A stretch of 20,000 nt of DNA from an uncultured virus (IMG/VR IMGVR_UViG_3300029258_004661) (lineage: Duplodnaviria; Heunggongvirae; Uroviricota; Caudoviricetes). The translations under genes were made by a program, and so were the position numbers. The stretch covers positions 53,242 to 73,241 of IMG/VR virus record IMGVR_UViG_3300029258_004661. One strand, 5' to 3'. Below the pieces are notes generated by a model that did no database searches, was not told where the DNA came from, and saw only the letters and a list, made by a program, of their open reading frames with translations. Shown here piece after piece: positions 16,321 through 20,000 of this stretch (position 1 is its first letter; every line of letters starts with the position of its first letter).

Positions 16321-16600
16321 AAGAAAAGCGGTTGCTTGGGAGGGGCGGCATAAGCTGGAGAACTAGCTATCTAACCGCCCTGCTTCGACCGCAACCGAAA
16401 GTCTCAGCACTGTGTGTCCATTTACCCTCCTAGGCCCATGTAGGCCGTTATAACGGAGAGGGCTGGCGAAGCTCCCAACCCATACCCCACTATGCACCGG
16501 CAGCATGACTCTTTTTACGGTACGGCCTCCCTCTGCCGGACGCATGGACACCCACGCAAAAATTTCGTACCAACCTCCACAGGCTCAGCTCCAACAGGTT
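16321..16600 (-). ncRNA. candidate structured ncRNA or long 5' leader (~280 nt), family unassigned
   Basis: Own sigma70-like promoter; several nested 6-8 bp helices; ends in a U-rich tract. Confidence 0.55.
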
Positions 16601-16605
16601 CGTTA

Positions 16606-16638
16606 ATATTATCATAACAGAAAATCCATATCAAGCAA
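16606..16638 (-). promoter_or_regulatory. sigma70-type promoter
   Basis: TTGCTT-16bp-(TG)TATGAT, or TTGATA-17bp-TAATAT. Confidence 0.5.
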
Positions 16639-16639
16639 T

Positions 16640-17500
16640 TTATTCCATATAGCGGCGAGATTCCCGCTTGGTTCCACACCGGGGGCAGATGAATACTAAA
16701 ACATCTTTTCCCTCCATGTCCTCATAAATATCCATGCCATCTACTTCCCGTTCATCGTGCCATTCATTGCATGACGAGCACATGACTTTTATCTTACGAT
16801 ACTTGTGAATTCTCTCCTTTTCAGGCATAACATCACCAAGGCTTTCTCTTACCTTCTTGGTATGCCAGCAGGTTCGTCGAAAAGTAAAACCCTTACACTC
16901 GCATCGAAGCTCGCCATCCTCAAGGCTTACCTTGTATTTCTTGTTCGGGTTACTCTTGCTTCTGATAACCCATGTGCGCCTCTTTATCTTCTTATTGGTG
17001 ATAATGCTGTCATCACGATCTTTAGGCTCAACATACTTCAGCCCCAATAATTCAAAGATCTGCTTTTCATCAAACCCCACTGTCAGGTTTGTGTCCCCCT
17101 TCCAGACACCGTAGCGGTTCAGCTTAAAGCCGAGCCGCTTGGCATGACTTCGCATCTGCACATTGAAGCGGGCAGAGCCAGTTGAGAACAGCAGAGCCGC
17201 CCCTTTTGCCCGATGCGGAAACACCCGAATGTCGAACTGAAGCCCCTTATAAATAATGCGCTTGTCGGTGTTTCCGTTGTTAAGATGGTCGCACTTTGGC
17301 AGTTGCGACCAGATTTGGCCCTTCGGGTTCATGGTTTCGCTGACGACGACCACATCTACATCGTTCAGCTCGGGGCGCATCCGCCGCATCGAACCACAAA
17401 CTACAACATCGGCCACGCAAGGCACGGCCTTAAGAGCCGCCTCAACCTCCTTGGCTATGGGCCTTGCGTGGATCGTTTTCATTTTCTTTCCCTTAGCCAT
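16640..17500 (-). CDS. polX: minimal X-family DNA polymerase (palm plus thumb) fused to a SWIM Zn finger and a C-terminal Zn ribbon
   Basis: GSMRR...NDVDVVV, QFDIRV, GAALLFSTGSARFN..MR..AK..GFKLNRYG and EKQIFELLGLKYVEPKDR; then CECKGF....CWH and CSSC...CPRC. Confidence 0.85.
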   Translation of the reverse strand: MAKGKKMKTIHARPIAKEVEAALKAVPCVADVVVCGSMRRMRPELNDVDVVVVSETMNPKGQIWSQLPKCDHLNNGNTDKRIIYKGLQFDIRVFPHRAKGAALLFSTGSARFNVQMRSHAKRLGFKLNRYGVWKGDTNLTVGFDEKQIFELLGLKYVEPKDRDDSIITNKKIKRRTWVIRSKSNPNKKYKVSLEDGELRCECKGFTFRRTCWHTKKVRESLGDVMPEKERIHKYRKIKVMCSSCNEWHDEREVDGMDIYEDMEGKDVLVFICPRCGTKRESRRYME

Positions 17501-17502
17501 TA

Positions 17503-17784
17503 CTACCTCCCGAGTGCCGCTTTGATTTTGTCGTATGTTGCCTTGTCAAAGGAAACATCTCTGACATAATCATTCACGACAGTTTCGTTATTAATAATCT
17601 GCACCATAATAGGCGCATACATCATCGCCGTAATAAGCCTGACATTCCCACAGCGGATCAGACAGGGCAATTGCCCCATGTTGTCGCCACTTGCCAGCAG
17701 GGCCTCAATATCTTTTTTAGACAGGAAACCTGCCTGTTCGATAATAGGCTTCAACAATTCTCTCTGTGATTCCTTCAGGATCAT
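17503..17784 (-). CDS. hypothetical protein
   Basis: AAAGGA RBS; ends next to the polX RBS. Confidence 0.65.
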   Translation of the reverse strand: MILKESQRELLKPIIEQAGFLSKKDIEALLASGDNMGQLPCLIRCGNVRLITAMMYAPIMVQIINNETVVNDYVRDVSFDKATYDKIKAALGR

Positions 17785-17968
17785 AGCAAATTCCTTTCTT
17801 AAACTCTTTGTCTATTTGTCGCTGAAGGGCATCGCTGTTTTGCAAGGCGCAATATGCCTCGGCAACTTCTTTACGCATCCCGTTGGCAATTGGTTTGTCG
17901 CAACAGGGACACATAACAGCCCACCCACCAAGTCTTCTTTGTCTTCTTTTGATATAATACTTTTTCAT
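17717..17968 (-). CDS. hypothetical protein (MKKYYIKRR..., CPCC)
   Basis: ATG at 17968 with AAGGAG RBS; first gene after P7. Confidence 0.65.
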   Translation of the reverse strand: MKKYYIKRRQRRLGGWAVMCPCCDKPIANGMRKEVAEAYCALQNSDALQRQIDKEFKKGICYDPEGITERIVEAYYRTGRFPV

Positions 17969-18007
17969 TTTAGCTCCTTCATGGCTTAATTTGTTACCCA
18001 AAAATTA

Positions 18008-18023
18008 TGCAAATGCCATGCCA
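18008..18023 (-). promoter_or_regulatory. sigma54 promoter P7
   Basis: TGGCA-TGGCAT-TTGCA. Confidence 0.8.
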
Positions 18024-18344
18024 AAAGTATAGCGATTCCAATAATTTATAGTCTACGCTGGCGACCTCTTTACGGCTGATAATAGAGCAGTCGCCGTACC
18101 AATTTGTAGTCAATACTTAAAGGGGGCGGTTGGCCAAAAAGAGAAGATAATAAGATGACGATGATAAATAGAGTAGAGTGACAAAAAGAGTTATTTAAAG
18201 TGACAAAGAGCGGCACTTTTAAACTCTTCAACGGTAATCGAAGCTAACCGCCCTGACCCATCGAAATTGGCTGAAAAAAATAAATGTAGCAAACTCAAAA
18301 CTCTTCAGTTGAGATGAATAATGACGAGTACACGATGACCACGT

Positions 18345-18360
18345 TGGCATGGCGGTTGCA
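18345..18360 (+). promoter_or_regulatory. sigma54 promoter P8 (divergent from P7)
   Basis: TGGCA-TGGCGG-TTGCA. Confidence 0.8.
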
Positions 18361-18432
18361 TACTTTCCGGGCAACAGCGCAGTAAGCAATTGGACAGTAG
18401 CCACATACAACAACCACACAAAGGAGGTAAAC

Positions 18433-19062
18433 ATGGCTACAAAGAAGAGCAAAAAAGCAAAGAAAGCAAAGACGAAGACTGCCGCCCCCGCGGCGACCCC
18501 CACGGCCACCGAAGCTCCGGTTGAAGTTGAAGCCGCGCCCCCGGCTCCCAGCAAGAAGGCAAAGGCTGCTCCGAAGGATGAGAAGAAGAGGAAAGCTACG
18601 CCTTTCGACAAGAAGTTTCTGGAGCAGCAAGCCTATCACGGCTCCCGTGACCCGTATCGCGAGATCAACAAGTTCGTCAAGCGTGAACGCCGGGAAGAAG
18701 CAGAACAGCCGCTGGACTTCCTGAAACGGCTGACAAAGCAGTTCGTGAATGTGGACTTCACCACCAGCATGAACGCCGAGAGCGGTGACATTGTTCGCAT
18801 CAGGGACTACCGCCAGCCGAAGGTTGAGATTCGCATTGTGACCGGCGACAACTACCCCGGCATGGTCGGCTTCGGGCGGCCCGTTTACAAGGGCTCCAAA
18901 ACCAAGACCAACGGTGTTGCCCTGCAAGACGTTGGGAAGCTGGACGGCCTGAAGGACCAGGCCAACAAGGTCGGCAAGTACTGGTGGTGCAAGCCGACCA
19001 AAAACAGCTTCAATACCTTCGTCCGCATGATGGAGAAAGTGGGCTTCGAGAAGGCTGGCTAA
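18433..19062 (+). CDS. Lys/Ala/Pro-rich (histone H1-like composition at the N-terminus) protein, 209 aa
   Basis: AAGGAGGT RBS before ATG 18433; own sigma54 promoter and terminator. Confidence 0.85.
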   Translation: MATKKSKKAKKAKTKTAAPAATPTATEAPVEVEAAPPAPSKKAKAAPKDEKKRKATPFDKKFLEQQAYHGSRDPYREINKFVKRERREEAEQPLDFLKRLTKQFVNVDFTTSMNAESGDIVRIRDYRQPKVEIRIVTGDNYPGMVGFGRPVYKGSKTKTNGVALQDVGKLDGLKDQANKVGKYWWCKPTKNSFNTFVRMMEKVGFEKAG

Positions 19063-19098
19063 ATAAGTCCAGCAAGAAATCACCGCGCCCGAGGAATA

Positions 19099-19132
19099 GG
19101 GGCGACACAAGTTGTCGCCCCCGTTTTCCTTT
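19099..19132 (+). terminator. intrinsic terminator
   Basis: GGGGCGACA-CAAGT-TGTCGCCCC followed by a T-rich tract. Confidence 0.7.
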
Positions 19133-19173
19133 AACCCTGCAATAAGGAGCAGAAATGTTCAGAAAGGCATATA

Positions 19174-19704
19174 ATGGCAGAGCAAGTTACACTATGGGAA
19201 ACCGAATTAAAAGAGGCTGGGGTGGTTGAAGTCTCAACATTAAGGGCATCAAACTCTGATGAGACCGCAAGGGTTATCCTTGATCTCATAGGTAAAAAGG
19301 ATCGTGAGTTCTTAATCGTATTATCTTTAGACAAAAACAACTATATTACTGGCGTACACGAGCTGGCAAAGGGAACCAGCGACCATGTTGTTACGACAAT
19401 AGCGGCAGTAATAAGATTTGCCTGCCTGACCGGAAGCCACAGGATAATTATTGGACACAATCATCCGATGGGAAATGTTCTCAATGTATCAGAAGAAGAC
19501 ATAGAGTTAACGCTCAACATAAGTCGCGCGTGCTGTCTCCACAATATTGAACTCCTTGATTCCATCATTGTTGACTACCAAGATCGCTACCTGAGTATAT
19601 GCCAGATCATTGAAATCAACGAAAAAATAGGAGACGGTAAAGCTTTGACTGAGGAGAAACTTCTTGCTATAATTGAGGAAGTTAATAACGCCAAACAGGA
19701 GTAA
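19174..19704 (+). CDS. RadC-like JAB/MPN domain protein
   Basis: DREFLIVLSLD.NN, GT, IIIGHNHPMG...SEEDI..T, IELLDSIIV. Confidence 0.85.
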   Translation: MAEQVTLWETELKEAGVVEVSTLRASNSDETARVILDLIGKKDREFLIVLSLDKNNYITGVHELAKGTSDHVVTTIAAVIRFACLTGSHRIIIGHNHPMGNVLNVSEEDIELTLNISRACCLHNIELLDSIIVDYQDRYLSICQIIEINEKIGDGKALTEEKLLAIIEEVNNAKQE

Positions 19705-19709
19705 TTCCA

Positions 19710-20000
19710 ATGACCGAATTAGACAAATTGCGGGCCAAAATCAGTTCGCCTCCATCAGCCAGAAAATCCGACAAAAAGAGAAAAACCGAAAAGGGGCGTA
19801 CCGGGCGGCAAACTGAATCCATCAAGAAAAAGATCATTGAGCAATTTGATCTTTCCAAGCCAACGGAGCTTCACAAAAAACCAGCCCCGAAACCGAAGAT
19901 AAAACTACCCCTGAAAAAGATAGTGCGTGAACCGGTGGTGCCTGGTTTTCCGGAGAAAGAAATTAAAGAGGAATTATCCCATAATATAACCCCGACGCAG
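19710..20000 (+). CDS. partial basic hypothetical protein (MTELDKLRAKISS...), runs off the window
   Basis: AGGAG RBS; reading frame open to the window end. Confidence 0.6.
   Translation, partial: MTELDKLRAKISSPPSARKSDKKRKTEKGRTGRQTESIKKKIIEQFDLSKPTELHKKPAPKPKIKLPLKKIVREPVVPGFPEKEIKEELSHNITPTQ

Noticed and set aside
1..20000. Alternative genetic code (stop-codon reassignment)
   Set aside because: The PAPS reductase, PolX and JAB genes are intact in code 11, and the short ORFs each have an RBS and tile the cassettes.
1..20000. tRNA, rRNA, integrase, transposase or structural genes
   Set aside because: No cloverleaf/T-loop pattern or corresponding protein motifs were recognised.

Overview
This looks like a non-structural, probably early or terminal, region of a large dsDNA bacteriophage or phage-like element. 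No structural, terminase or integrase gene is in the window, so this is inferred from about 40 short, tightly packed, mostly minus-strand ORFs with strong AGGAG RBSs. Recognisable proteins are an HTH_17/excisionase-like protein, a PAPS-reductase-family protein, a minimal X-family DNA polymerase fused to SWIM and Zn-ribbon domains, and a RadC-like JAB protein. The main signals are non-coding. (1) Eight near-consensus sigma54 (-24/-12) promoters each head a small gene cassette, with shared candidate enhancer motifs upstream; the genes left of ~4.8 kb use sigma70-type promoters instead. (2) A ~1.68 kb block (5291-6971) has no [ACG]GA[CGT] tetramer on either strand. It contains about 18 co-oriented GCTGGTGG (E. 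coli Chi) octamers, an Ala/Lys-rich gene and its sigma54 promoter. (3) There are two highly structured intergenic RNA candidates (1943-2144 and ~16321-16600). (4) Iteron-like tandem repeats and TTACGAG clusters lie in the non-coding stretches. All counts were made by eye and should be verified computationally.
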